Shown: in pieces, positions 12,669 through 24,580 of the stretch
How positions within the stretch are numbered: position 1 is the first letter of the stretch
Layout of the letters: every line of letters starts with the position of its first letter
Origin: Opisthocomus hoazin
Taxonomy: Eukaryota
Length of the DNA: 64,000 nucleotides
Direction: 5' to 3'
Assembly: GCF_030867145.1 (NCBI RefSeq)
Contig: NC_134414.1
Span: 22,806,810-22,870,809 of the forward strand
Made by a program: the position numbers and the translations under genes
The notes under the pieces: generated by a model
Databases searched by the model: none
What the model saw: only the letters and a program-made list of their open reading frames with translations
What the model was told of the DNA's origin: nothing

Positions 12669-14291
12669 TAATTTCTTCGTCTCACTCCTGTGTAAAGTTT
12701 CCTAATATAACTTTGGGTGAGTTACTTTAAATCCTACTGCTATATATAGCTCCCATAGGTGACTGTCATTTTACAAACAGCAAAAATTGTAGACATCGTC
12801 CTCAAGGTTCTGCAGTATAAATTGTGCATAACATAAGGTGTTGACATTAAAGGAAAATTAAAGGAGTGTGTGAAGAAAAGGAATATTGTGGGTACGTTAT
12901 CATCTTGTTCAGAGGCCAGCAGTTTCCTGGTGACTCTGACAATGCACATATTTTTAGGAGAGAAAGTGAAGAACTGAAGAACAACATCAAGAGTATTCCA
13001 AAGGTGTGACAGATTTCTTTGTGCGGTGAATTCAGGAGTTTCCAACATGTGTTGACACATCTCTTCGTGGTGGCTGTGATCTTGTAAAGAAGCAATGGGT
13101 GGACAATAATGAAGGCTTACATTTATCCCATCAAACTGCTGATCTCCATATATGATTTAGATTAAAAAAAGGTCAAGGAAATTGCCTCATTAAAAACAAT
13201 AAGCTTTAAAAAAGGTTTTGCTTAAAAAAATTTATTATTGAAAATAGCAAATTAACTAAGAGTTAATGCAGTACAAATTTCTATTAATTGAAATCTGTAT
13301 TTTGAATCATCTTTATAAATATAGTGGGAAGAGAGATGTTTCGATACGTAAATTTTGTGAGCTCTAGGATGCTGAGAACAGCTAACAAGTGGTCAACCTG
13401 TTCAGGGTAAATCGTACCCAAGCTTCAGAATTTAACATTATGATTAAAGATTAAAAAGAACCTCAGAGCAGATCTGGGCTCAGTGCTGCTGTATCAGGGA
13501 CGAGCTGTTGTTTTTTTAAAACTGTACTTTTGTCATATGGGACAAATAAAAGTATGTGCATTTGTCATCCTGTTTCCGAGTAAAATAGATCTAATTGCCT
13601 TCTGATGTAATAACCTTTCATTTATATGTGTCTGTCAGTTCTTGCATGCTTCATGTTAGCTGTTTGAGGTGCAGAATCCACTGCCTTTTACTTATGACCA
13701 TTTTATTTGATATGAGTTCTCTAAACATTTTTAATTTCTCCTAACTATACCAGATGTTTTAACTTTCAGTGTATATATGATTCCAGGAAAACAATGTGTG
13801 ATTCTTTATAAGGCTGCCAAAACATATAATGATTATTCAGCAGTCTGCCCAGCTTTTTTTTTTTTTTTTTTTAACTCTCTTACCTCAAATAGCTTTGAGT
13901 TTGTACCACGTTGACCACAACACAACTTGGTCCATTATTGGACCTCCTATGTGCTGCTAAAAGCTCTGCAGAACATTAGGCACCTGGTCACCTTCGTATC
14001 TTCGTAGTTACTGTAGAAAGGTGGACACACTCTGAAGATACCCATATTTTAGTGGAGCTGAACTGTCACCTGAAAGAGACCTGCTCTCTCTGTTGTCTAT
14101 GGATGAAGTGCGGAGGTACCTTATTTCTAAATTAGATGTTTCAATTAAAATATGGTCCAAAAAGATTGAGTGTTCTTAAATGTTTCCTTTGGACTCTAGG
14201 ATTGTACCAATATGAATTGCAAATAAACAGTATTTGGATTAATATCATAGTTATGTGTGCATAGCAACTGTAATTGTAACCTGTCTTTCAG

Positions 14292-14487
14292 AGTACACAT
14301 GTTCTTGTGGATAATGCTGATGTCCTCAGCTGTCGTGATCTAAAAAATATTCAGAAGTATCAGCTCCCTGTTTTACGTGTGGATTTCGTTTGGAAATCAG
14401 TTCAAAGGGGGAAGCTTTTACAGATTGATGCATACAAGGTTAATAAATCACAAGACAACACTTCTGACCCGAGGTCAGCCAGACAGG
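14292..14487 (+). CDS. PARP4: PARP4 coding exon (BRCT domain), STHVLVDNADVLSCRDLKNIQKYQLPVLRVDFVWKSVQRGKLLQIDAYKVNKSQDNTSDPRSARQ plus G. Ends in phase 1 at donor GTAGGT (14488).
   Basis: Matches human CTHIILDNADVLSQYQLNSIQKNHVHIANPDFIWKSIREKRLL (recalled). The acceptor is ttcag at 14290-91. Confidence 0.8.
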
Positions 14488-15949
14488 GTAGGTGTATTTG
14501 ACATAGTTTATTCATCTATCAGTAACTTTGGGAAAGAATGTTTTAGAAGATGAGTATTTAGAATCAGCTTTTAAGAAATCAACAACCGTGGAAACTGGCA
14601 ATAATGTTGATTAAAAAAACAGAATTTTTTTGAAAAGAAATCCTAGTTCCATTCTGATTAGTCTTCCCATAGATTTTTTTTTCTTTTAATGAAACTTCAA
14701 ATAAGACTTATGGTTGGAAATGTGGGTAAAATATTAAAAATAACAGAAAAGCTATTCCAATGACTGTGTTTATTTGGCTCCACTGGAAAAAAAATGACAG
14801 TAACCTGGAAGTTTTAGTTAATTTCAACAGAATGCAGGGGGTTTTCAGTGCCTTTGTATGAGGAAATGTTATGTTTTGAAGTCGAAATTATGAGAAAATA
14901 AGATAGCTAGAGAACATGGGCTAGAAATATTTCATGCAACGTAATTAAAATAGAAGAACTTCAAGCATTCCAATACATAACGTGATTCAGATGCAAATGA
15001 CTATAACTCTGTGTAGAAGGAAAAAAGACAAATGTTTATTTTAATGCTGTGAGACAAGCCAAAGATCACGAAAAAGGGGTGCGAAAGATAATTCTATTTA
15101 ATGTGTACAGGCAGCAAAAAATTATCATCCTGAAAGTTACTAGTGTTTCATTTCTCCTTTTTCTCTTCCTAGTAACTACACTTTTTGTTTCTTTTTACTT
15201 TTGCATCGCTTGGATTTTGCTAGGTTCTAGTCTTTAAGTATTTCTAAAAGTAATTACTTTTGACATAATACATTTTACTTTATGAACATTGTCATGTCAT
15301 GAATTAGTACAATTTTCAGAACTATGTAAAAGATTAAGAATCAGGACCCCTGCATCGTATATTTGCTGTGTCATTGAGTCTGGTGGATAAATTTGGTTTT
15401 GCACAGCAGAGACCATGGGCATGCATGGCTGAAGCTGGGTAGATCCATTCAGTAGCAATCCTAAGAAGTTTTAAGATCAAAGTAAAACTACATTCATACA
15501 CTATATCTATACGGCTTTAAAAAAAAAAGGCAAATCAAGCAACCGAACAAAAGCACGCAAAACCAATGTGAGCCGTGGAGGGATAGTTCTCAGGCTCTGT
15601 GGTCAAGTGCCACAGCGTAGCTCTCAGCTACATACCCTAATTCTTTCTCCTCTTCCTGTCACAGAAGTCAGGGTGGCAAAGTGCCTGGAGGGAATAAGCA
15701 CTGGCATAGTCCAGGGCAGTACTAATTCTAGCAGTGAGGCAACTGCAGCAGTTGCCCTTCAACACTTGACTCCATATCCTGCCAGTATTCAGTATGGCTG
15801 AATAAAATGTGACCTTAGAAGCTGTCAACTTGTTTCAGTCTTTAAGAAATGTATGCATATTAAGTAGTAGTATTGTTTTTACCAACTATTTGTAAGTTGA
15901 ATTGGAGAAACCAGATATTATACCAAGTACATATATGTTTTGATTGCAG

Positions 15950-16073
15950 ATGTGGAAGACCTGTCATCTTCTGAAAATAAAAATGCCACAAAGAAAAATG
16001 AAAATAATGATTACAGCCTTACTGTTATTAAAGACAGTGAGAGCAGAATTAAGTCCGACATGGGGACTCCTAG
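15950..16073 (+). CDS. PARP4: PARP4 coding exon, acidic linker DVEDLSSSENKNATKKNENNDYSLTVIKDSESRIKSDMGTP plus AG. Starts in phase 1 and ends in phase 2.
   Basis: This is the only open frame between acceptor ttgattgcag (15948-49) and donor GTAAAA (16074). The phase links the flanking exons. Confidence 0.7.
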
Positions 16074-17169
16074 GTAAAATAAAATTAAATTAAATTAAAT
16101 CTGTATTTTGATACATCTGTGTTAATATCTTTGTAAATTAGAGGAAAAAAAAAAAAACAAAACAAGAAAGCCTATTTCCCACTCTGTTTCAGTGATGTCT
16201 GGAGATGGGTCTTACCATCTTAACAATGTAGTGGAAGATAAAATTCTTTCTTCATTTTCTGTGTTCTGTGTGTATGAATTTATAACAGTTTGGGGATTTT
16301 TTTAACGCTCAGATCTGACTGCGGAAATTGATTTTACGTTTTTCCATCTCAGTGTACACCTACAGTCCTGCTCCCTAATACATGCAAAGCTTGTAGCAGC
16401 TCAGGAGGCATTAGTATGGCTCAAGCTTTATGATTTTCTGGTTGGAGCTCTGTTTATCATGACAATTTTTTTCTTTTCTTTGTTCATATGGGTTTTTGCA
16501 ATCCAGTCCATGTCATTGTTTTTAGAAGTGCTGAACATCTCTTTCTCTTAGGAAAATTCTTGAGGGAGCTGAAAATCAAGATAACAGAAACTGCTCTTAG
16601 CTGACAGGGAAATAGTATTGTTATAACTGTTTCTAATTACTGAGTTAAAGAAACAAAACCATCTCCAGCACTCTTAAATCTATTAACAAGATGCTGTTCA
16701 GTCGTAGGGTAGTCGTAGTCATTTAGTTACTCTGTGGGAATGTACTAGAAGTTACACTTGGTCTAAAAGTGCTAATGCTGAAGGATGTGACCACAAGTAT
16801 ATATCCTAATGTGAAACTCAGGAATAAGGGAGGAGTTAGCTTCAGACAGCACAGGTAGCTGACCAAGCTATAAAAAAGTTACATGTAACCAGGCAATGAA
16901 AATACGTTTGTTGTGTTGCTTCCATAGTTTTTCTAAAGAACGAAGTTTGAAATCTAGTCTTCAGGTTCACACTAGACATTCTGGCCTGTTAGTGCAGCAG
17001 CTTATCTGGGTGTTATTTAATTTCTCAAAACTTTTTTCATTGTTATTTTGCTGCTGAAAAATAGATTTGTCTTCTTATATTAGTTTTTACTTTAGCGTGA
17101 TGTTGCAGCCTATTACAGTACAGTATTTACTGGGCATATTTGATTTTAATTACTCTGATTCCATTCCAG

Positions 17170-17248
17170 ATTTTACAGTGAAAATGATCAAGATATTCCT
17201 TTTTTCCCCCAAGATTTTGAAGTTGCAAAATACAGTGTCCTTGAAAAA
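17170..17248 (+). CDS. PARP4: PARP4 coding exon, (R)FYSENDQDIPFFPQDFEVAKYSVLEK. Donor is GTAAGC at 17249.
   Basis: Matches human PHLPQDFEVAKYNTLEKV (recalled). Phase-consistent. Confidence 0.75.
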
Positions 17249-17817
17249 GTAAGCCCTTCTGTTACTGTGAGAGGATATAGGAGGATCAGTAGATGAATAA
17301 AAGGTTTACAGTTTTATACACATCAGCAGTAACTCTTTTATGTTATCATGTACTGCAATGCAAAGAGGAGTATTGAAAAGTACTTCAATGCTTTCTGTCT
17401 TTCAGTGCAGCCTAATTCTACTCAAATAAAACTTCTCTATTATCACTGTAGTTGTCTCGCCAAAGTATTGCAGTATAACAATATGTTTGCTTCTGACAAA
17501 ATACATGTTGTCATGGGTGATATGTGTTAAATCTAATTTAAATTTTAAATATTTTTATTAAAAATCTTTCAAAACACAAAAATGGTGGAAATGTGCAGCA
17601 ATCAGTACAGTGAAGCCCTGAGAGGGGCTTCTGCTTGTTACTGTGATACAAATAATGAATAATTCTACTTCTTTTCTTAGCCAGTCATAATGTGCAATTC
17701 TAAATGTGGTGAAAAAAGAAGTCAGACAAGGGGAAGTACTTGACGTAATATTATGTGAATGAAACATACTTAAGCAATAAATTGAGGGTTGGGGTCTTTA
17801 TTTATCTCTCCATTTAG

Positions 17818-17931
17818 ATTAACTCCAAGGAAAGCAAAGATTTTGTAGTTATTGAATTACAGTGTTCCGATGGTCGTTACAAGTTTCCATTTCGACTATA
17901 CGCAAACTTCAGTGCATCAAATGGAACAAAG
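17818..17931 (+). CDS. PARP4: PARP4 coding exon, INSKESKDFVVIELQCSDGRYKFPFRLYANFSASNGTK. Donor is GTATGA at 17932.
   Basis: Matches human EAVVVELQCS... (recalled). Phase 0 at both ends. Confidence 0.75.
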
Positions 17932-18679
17932 GTATGAACCACTCATTGACATTACCTGTTTGTTTCTTTATGCATGTTGAACGTACCTATTGCAGAGCAA
18001 TTCAGATGCTTTTCATTCTTATTTGCATGCGAATCCTTAGATATAGATAATAGCGGGTCATTCTGTTAAACTTTATCATAAAAAGTTTGATTTATAGTTG
18101 GCTCCTCTACTCTGTGTGTTTGCTTACAACTTGCTCAAAAGAACTGTTTTGGGACTTGGCAGCAACACAGCATGGTCCTGGATGCACCTGCTTTATATAC
18201 TCACATATATTTTCATGGAAATATCTCAACTGTGTAATGACATGTTGAAATGCTATAGTGAGTGATATTCTGGACATACTATTGAGACACAGCAAAGCTT
18301 GTCTTGAGGGCAGCCTAAATGCATTTCTCAGCATACAGGTCACGTGTGTGCTCTGGTATAGAACTTGCAGATTGTGTCATTGTGACATTAGATTTGAGTC
18401 AAAGGCGCTGTATCAGGGATGAATTTCAAATAGTTCAATTGATAGAACAAGTTATTCCAGCACACATATAGATGAGTCTGTCTTGCCACTGTGGGGTTTG
18501 TATATGGAGCCCTGTGCTTGTTCTTTGTGTCCCATGAACCCTCATGATAGCATTGCCTTGGTGGAAGCCTGTTAACCCAGAAGTTAAGTGTGGATTGCCA
18601 GCTGTTAGAGCAGTGTCTGACAAAATTGATTAAGTCTCTATAGAGTTTCTTTGACTAACTTTACTCTTTCAATTTACAG

Positions 18680-18826
18680 GATAATAAGCAATTAATAACT
18701 AATACTGCTGAAGAAATAAGAGAAAAGTACAAGACTTTTATTGCAGACCTGAAGAGCCAGGATTACATGCTCAGAGAAACTTTGCCACCAGAAGCAGAAT
18801 CTTTAGCTTCTACAAAATTGCAAGAG
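18680..18826 (+). CDS. PARP4: PARP4 coding exon, DNKQLITNTAEEIREKYKTFIADLKSQDYMLRETLPPEAESLASTKLQE. There is no in-phase GT donor. The best model is a GC donor, GAG|GCTTGT at 18827-28 (a GC-AG intron).
   Basis: Acceptor tttacag is at 18678-79. The frame is open for 49 codons and must end in phase 0 to join the next exon (LLLEE...), whose human counterpart is QLQALLLEEV (recalled). Confidence 0.6.
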
Positions 18827-19933
18827 GCTTGTACAATTTGCATGTTTACACTTTTCTGTCCTTTATGATTTGTTTTAGTTTTCAGTTTTCTGAATGTGGT
18901 AAACATTGCCTAGAATTTTTGTGAGAATGGATTGTCAGAATTATTCTGCACACTATACAGATGTCACTGGCTTAGTGTAGATCATATTGGATCAGTAACA
19001 GGACTCCCCCCAATGGCAATAGCAGTTGGATTCTTCTTAAAGTACTCTTCAGGAAATATTTTACTGCTGTGGTTGTAGGGTGACAGACATTTTTTTCCCA
19101 TTTACTTTCTCACTGTACTTTATCTACTTATCTTTTCTACCATGGTTAGCTTCTATGTAGGGCACAACAGGCACACAGATTATATCCAGCAATGTTGAAA
19201 GGCCCACATATGTTCTCTAGTGATCTCAGAAGCTGTGTGGTTGATGTGGTATAAACAAGTAATGTAGAATGTCCAAAATTGTGTGAGAATTGTTTAATGG
19301 CATGAAGTTTGATAGCAGCTTCTGGAGTTGTAGAACAGTGAGAAGAAGCTCAAGTAAATGCTTGAACAATGTTCCTCAGAAGAAGATGAGAAAATCTGTT
19401 TTTGCAACTCATTTCTGTGTATGAATTGCACTGATTTTCATGGCCTTTCTGTTCTGTAGCTTTGCTGCTCCAATTTTCTTAGTTTCACAGGAATAATGTC
19501 TTTCCCACCAGAGCTTTCTGAACTAGAGATCTAGTGTGGTCTGTTAGCCATTTTGAACCATCTGTTCTTCTACCAATTGTGCAACAAAGGAAATGACTGG
19601 GATCTGCAGACTATTAGTCTGTCTACCTGTTAGTACAATGTATTGATAAAGATATCAAGCAAATCAATATCTGTCACCTCCAAGACTTTATGTCTCAGTT
19701 TTCAAGAGAGGTCATGGCCACCTGCCTGCTGTGCTCTCCACTTGAAGGAATTTATAAAAGCAAACCTTTCCTTCAGTTTGATGGGACTGAAGGAATTATA
19801 CTAAGCATGAATGAGCATTGCACACAGCATTGTTTATGAGAGTAGGAAAATTTAATTATCTGTGTGCCAATTATCTTCACTGCCATGACTTGCATCTTTG
19901 TCTTTTCACTGAATTGTGTTTATTTTACTACAG

Positions 19934-20071
19934 TTACTTCTAGAAGAAGCCATCCATTCAAGTGCTGTATGTCAGGAAGTTAGTGATTTTGTGGAATTGA
20001 TCTGGGCAGAAGCTATTGGCCACCTGGATAGTTTACTACTTGGATCAGTAAACAACATAAGCCTAAATGAT
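19934..20071 (+). CDS. PARP4: PARP4 coding exon (start of the PARP regulatory region), LLLEEAIHSSAVCQEVSDFVELIWAEAIGHLDSLLLGSVNNISLND. Donor is GTAAGT at 20072.
   Basis: Matches human ALLLEEVMNSSTLSQEVSDLVEMIWAEALGHLEHMLLKPVNRISLND (recalled). Confidence 0.8.
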
Positions 20072-22179
20072 GTAAGTTAATTTTTGTTACTCTATGAGGA
20101 TGAATACGTAAATGCTGTTAGAAGTCAATTTTTCCCAGCAAACCCATATGTCGTGTTTCAGATTGGGATTGTTAGTTACACTTTTGGTACTCCTGCACTT
20201 CAACAAATCCATGCTTCAGAAATTTTGATCTGAAATTTTGCTTTAGAATCACAACACTAAAAACACGCTGTACTCCCTAAAGCAGATGGGTGTCTTTTCC
20301 ATTTTATAGCGATTTACACAGTTCTTATGGGAGGATCCCTTCCACGAGATAAGTCATTTAAGAAGGCAGTCACAGAAGACAGTGCATAACAGCAAGTTGC
20401 TGTCTCCTGCCAGTATATTTCAACCATACTTCAGTCAGTCATTCTCTTGTAATGGAAGAATAGCTTTAATTATAGTCTCTGTCTGCATTATCAGATGACA
20501 CGTGTAATTAACACACAGCTACTCTGTAAGGCCTTCAGATATTACAGCTGTTATTAAAAATAACTGCCTAGCCACTGCTTTGTTAACTCTGGCTCATTTA
20601 TTCCCAGTTTCCCACATACCTCAATTATTTTGCTTTGCTCCATAGACTTTTGAGAGGTTAATGTTTATTCATGTAATTTAAGTTCATATCACTTAACAAA
20701 CAGCCAACAAAATGGGTGTTTAAGACGTGTTTTGTCTCTCTTATCACTGAAGGCAAAACTACCTGAAGATTATGTTGGTTTTAAATTGGAATAGCTTTGC
20801 CAGTAGAAGGTCCCCAATTCTGGAATGACTTTGGCCTAATCTTATTACATAAAACTCACTTTTGATGCCCTTTAATTAATATATGGTAGAAGAATATTGC
20901 TTTCACTTTTTAATGTGGAAATAATACACATTTATGTAGGTTCTGGTGATTAAGTAGTACATTAGTAATATTGTATACGTGTACTCAGAGACAGTAGTGA
21001 GTGCATTGCATAAATCAGCAAAGACATAAAGGAAATGCTGTTTGTGGTAAATGTGTTTTATGAGGTGCAATTGTTTGGATATTTAGATTCCTAACATATT
21101 TCAGGTAGATGAAATTTGGTAAATATTTGATAAATAATATTCAATCATTGGTAGCTTTTGCAAGGGCTGAACCGTAGACCTAAAAGACTATCTCAATGCA
21201 TCAGTCTGTAAGGATATGATAAAAATGTTTTCACTAACTCTTCCCACTTACAATTAATCTGCAAGAGAAATAATAAGTACAAAAAAAAATCTCTGGATTT
21301 TTGAAACACAATAATGAAGAAGTGGGTTGCTGATCAGGTAGATTAACCCTCCATTTTTTTCCTAAAGGCATTTGTGAGGCAGAGAACAGCCTTGGATCAA
21401 TATTGAACTGCAGTAAGACGTTGCTATACAACCTCTAATGTCAACATTTTACTAGCTGTTGCCTGTGCCATTAGTAGGCATGGTGGTGTTGGGCAGATGA
21501 TTGGACTTCAGCATCTTAGAGGTCTTTTCAAACCTGTGATTCTATATGATTCTGTGGTTTGTGTAAATTAAAAAGCATTTTGCCTTTTCCTCTTGCCTTG
21601 AGAAGACATAATAGTATATTCTGTGAAAAATTTCCAATTGAGAAGGAGTATACAGATACACAAAAATCTATAGCCTGTCTGTCTGGACAAACTGTCTAAA
21701 ATTAATCATTACTTTCATTTCATCTGGAGGTTGCACTTTATAAATAGGACTTCTACTCTGCTTTGTGTATTTTAGGATAAACTAGTGCACTTAGAAATTT
21801 GGTAAGAAATTTGTTATCCTTTACTTTCTATTATTTCATCAATGCATTAAAGCTGACAGTATGAATCGGCAAGATGTTAAGGAGCATTATCTTTCAATCT
21901 GATTCATATTCTGTTTTATTTCAGAGAGGTTATTTTAATGTCTCTTAGTTCTGCTTCTGGTACTTTGCAAGTAGCCCAGTGAAAGGGAAAAGTAATATCC
22001 AGCTTTTAAGTAGTGCTTTCATATCCGACCTGCAAGAAAATATTTTGTGGATATTGCACTAACAGGAGTTAAAGTTTTATTTCAGTGTGGAATTAAATAA
22101 TCCATTTCAATATTCATTGCTTTGTGCTCTTTCTGCAATTTTGCAATAATTTTCAGTTTAATAATCTCTTCTTTTAAAG

Positions 22180-22353
22180 GTGAGCAAAGCAGAAGGTATT
22201 TTACTCCAAGTAAAGAATGCACTGGATGAGGGAGCTGACAATGTGGCGCTACAAGAGATGATGATGGAATTCTATCGAGTTATACGTCACAAAGCTGAAA
22301 TAGACTACGAAGTGTCCAAAAAGCTGTTATCTAGAAAACAGGACCTATGTCAG
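22180..22353 (+). CDS. PARP4: PARP4 coding exon, VSKAEGILLQVKNALDEGADNVALQEMMMEFYRVIRHKAEIDYEVSKKLLSRKQDLCQ. Donor is GTAACT at 22354.
   Basis: ORF 22180..22374. Matches human VSKAEGILLLVKAALKNGETAEQLQKMMTEFYRLIPHKG...KADLCQ (recalled). Confidence 0.85.
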
Positions 22354-23099
22354 GTAACTTTTCCAGATTGCTAGTGAGCCCTGATCTGCACGATGCTACA
22401 TCAGTTTTGAACATGCTCACTAGATAAATTGCCGGGATACTTTGCACAGCTAATCACAGGCTGTCAGTTCAAAAAAAAAATAATTTATTGGGATCTTATG
22501 GATAGAGTAACGCTCATGGGGGGAATTCAGTGTGTTGAACAGGAGGACCAGTTGCTGTCCATATGGTGACAGGAGTTTCCATTGCAGTCATTGTCGTGAT
22601 GGCATCTTCAGCTGGATCAAATGAGAATCACGGAACTGCTGTTATTATCCAGCTGACCCTAGCAACTACTCCAGCATATGCCTAATCAGTTTCTGTTGAT
22701 TATCTTAAACTATATACAAAATATATCTAAGCTATTTTAACTACATACAAAGACTGTTCTGCGTACCACTTCCTTTTCTGCATATGCAGGAACAGTTTAT
22801 AGAGACTATTTAAAATTACCAATCTATGTACAATGTGATCTGTTCATACATCTATAGCACAAACTGCTGCTTGAGGGAGTTCCCTGGGCAGCCTGGATTG
22901 TTAGTGCAAGAAGTTAACGGATAAGATCTATCAGTTTGTGTAAGCACAGCTGCCCTGGACATCTCCAAGGACCTCCCCAACAGCTCCCCCTCAGCTCCTG
23001 TGACTTAATTAGTCAGTTCCTTCATTTTTAAGCTGGCTAGGAGTTCAGTCAATCGGGAGTTCAATTACTCTGCTGCAACTCAGTCCCTTGTTTCATCTT

Positions 23100-23660
23100 T
23101 GCAGAAACTAGCTGGGAACTTTTCAGCCTGCCAGGGGGATTGCCAATGAGATGTGCTGAGTCTGCACAGACACAGCGATTGCACCAGCAGCAAGGGCTGG
23201 CTGCTCCGTAAGGGCAAGCGGATGGGGCTGGGGGTGAAAGTGAGCAAGGGCAGGGCAGTTACACCACTGGCAGGGGCTCAGTCCCACGGTACCCACATAG
23301 GAAGAGCAGAGCAGGTGACAGTGACTGGTGGTGATAGTAGCCAGGGTCAGTCCAGATTGACTCCTCATTATGGCTTGTCTGGCAGGTCCAAGGTCGAACC
23401 AGGAACTCGAGTCCAGAGGATGTGGGTCAGAACCAGGGAAGTGGAGGCTGGATGCAGGCATATCGGCAACATAGCTCAGCCAGGAGACCAAGGGCAAGAG
23501 CCTAAGCTCAAAGGCATCTCTTGAGCAAAGGAAGGGCAGTTATCTGCTGAGTCTTCTCACAGCTCTCTTTCAGGGCTCTACAGCTGCTCTGCCAAAGCTG
23601 GCCCTGAGCCCAAGCAGCCAGGCCCTCTGGAGAGGTGAGAAGCAGTCAGGGGTCTGACAG
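23100..23660. repeat. GC-rich block embedded in an AT-rich PARP4 intron with overlapping ORFs on both strands. It is probably a repeat- or retroelement-derived fragment, possibly LTR-like. Its identity is unknown.
   Basis: The composition shifts sharply. It is flanked at 22860-23000 by a sequence resembling avian interspersed repeats (ctccaaggacctccccaacagctcc). No homology to a vertebrate coding sequence was recognised. Confidence 0.3.
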
Positions 23661-24419
23661 CTATATCACTCTTGTAACTACAGAGAAAACTCAAATTTCC
23701 TCCTTGTATTGCGATTGTAATGTAAATTTCCTGGATTCTGCTAGAGATAGCTCTTTGCACTGGCAAAGGATATCCAGAAGTCAGTCTTCTGTAAGATATA
23801 AAATATAAAGGGAGGGGAGAGGTAAGGAGGCTCCTTACTCTTCTAAATGGAGAAGTGTTAATAGTGCCTTTAAATCTGGAAATCTTTTGATAATTAAAAC
23901 CTTTTCATATTTCTGATATAACAAAAAATTCCTATGGCTCATAACGCTTTCCCACAGCTTAGTGAACTGTACAATCTTTTTTGAAGTTAGATGTCCTTCT
24001 TTCTCCTGCTCTGAGAAACTTACACGGGTGCCTTGTGCTACTGCCCTAGCTGGATACTGAAGTCAGGGACAATGTGATGGATTTTAACAAGTAAGGATCA
24101 CCTCATAAGCAAAATCAAAATGGTAACCAAGCACAAATACTGGTTTGTGGAGTTGTTATGAGCAGACTCCGTCCAAAGCTTGGAGTTGTACAGTAGCAGT
24201 TTAATGCTATTTCTCAAATATGTTTGTCTTCTGAATTGTTTTCATGGCATGCTAGAGCTGTTTGCTCTTGTTCCAAACTGTATCTAACAAGTGGAAGTGA
24301 TCTTTGAAGTATTCCATTTCATTGTTACTACACTGTAACTTTATATAATTAGTCTGGTTTGCATGTTTGCTTAATTAAAATGTATCAAGTATTCATAAAT
24401 TTTTGTCTGTATTTTCTAG

Positions 24420-24580
24420 CTAATCAGAGACATGCTTAATATACATGAAACAAATATGTCAAGCCGAAACCCATCGTCTTTGGCCAAATACCGGGCCCTG
24501 AGGTGCAAGATTGAAGCTGTTGATTCAACGAGTCATGAATTTCTCAATGTTAAACAACAAGTGTTAAAAAACAATTACAA
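24420..24580 (+). CDS. PARP4: PARP4 coding exon (PARP catalytic domain), LIRDMLNIHETNMSSRNPSSLAKYRALRCKIEAVDSTSHEFLNVKQQVLKNNY plus AA. Donor is GTGAGT at 24581.
   Basis: Matches human LIRDMVNVCETNLSKPNPPSLAKYRALRCKIEHVEQNTEEFLRVRKEVLQNHH (recalled). Confidence 0.85.
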
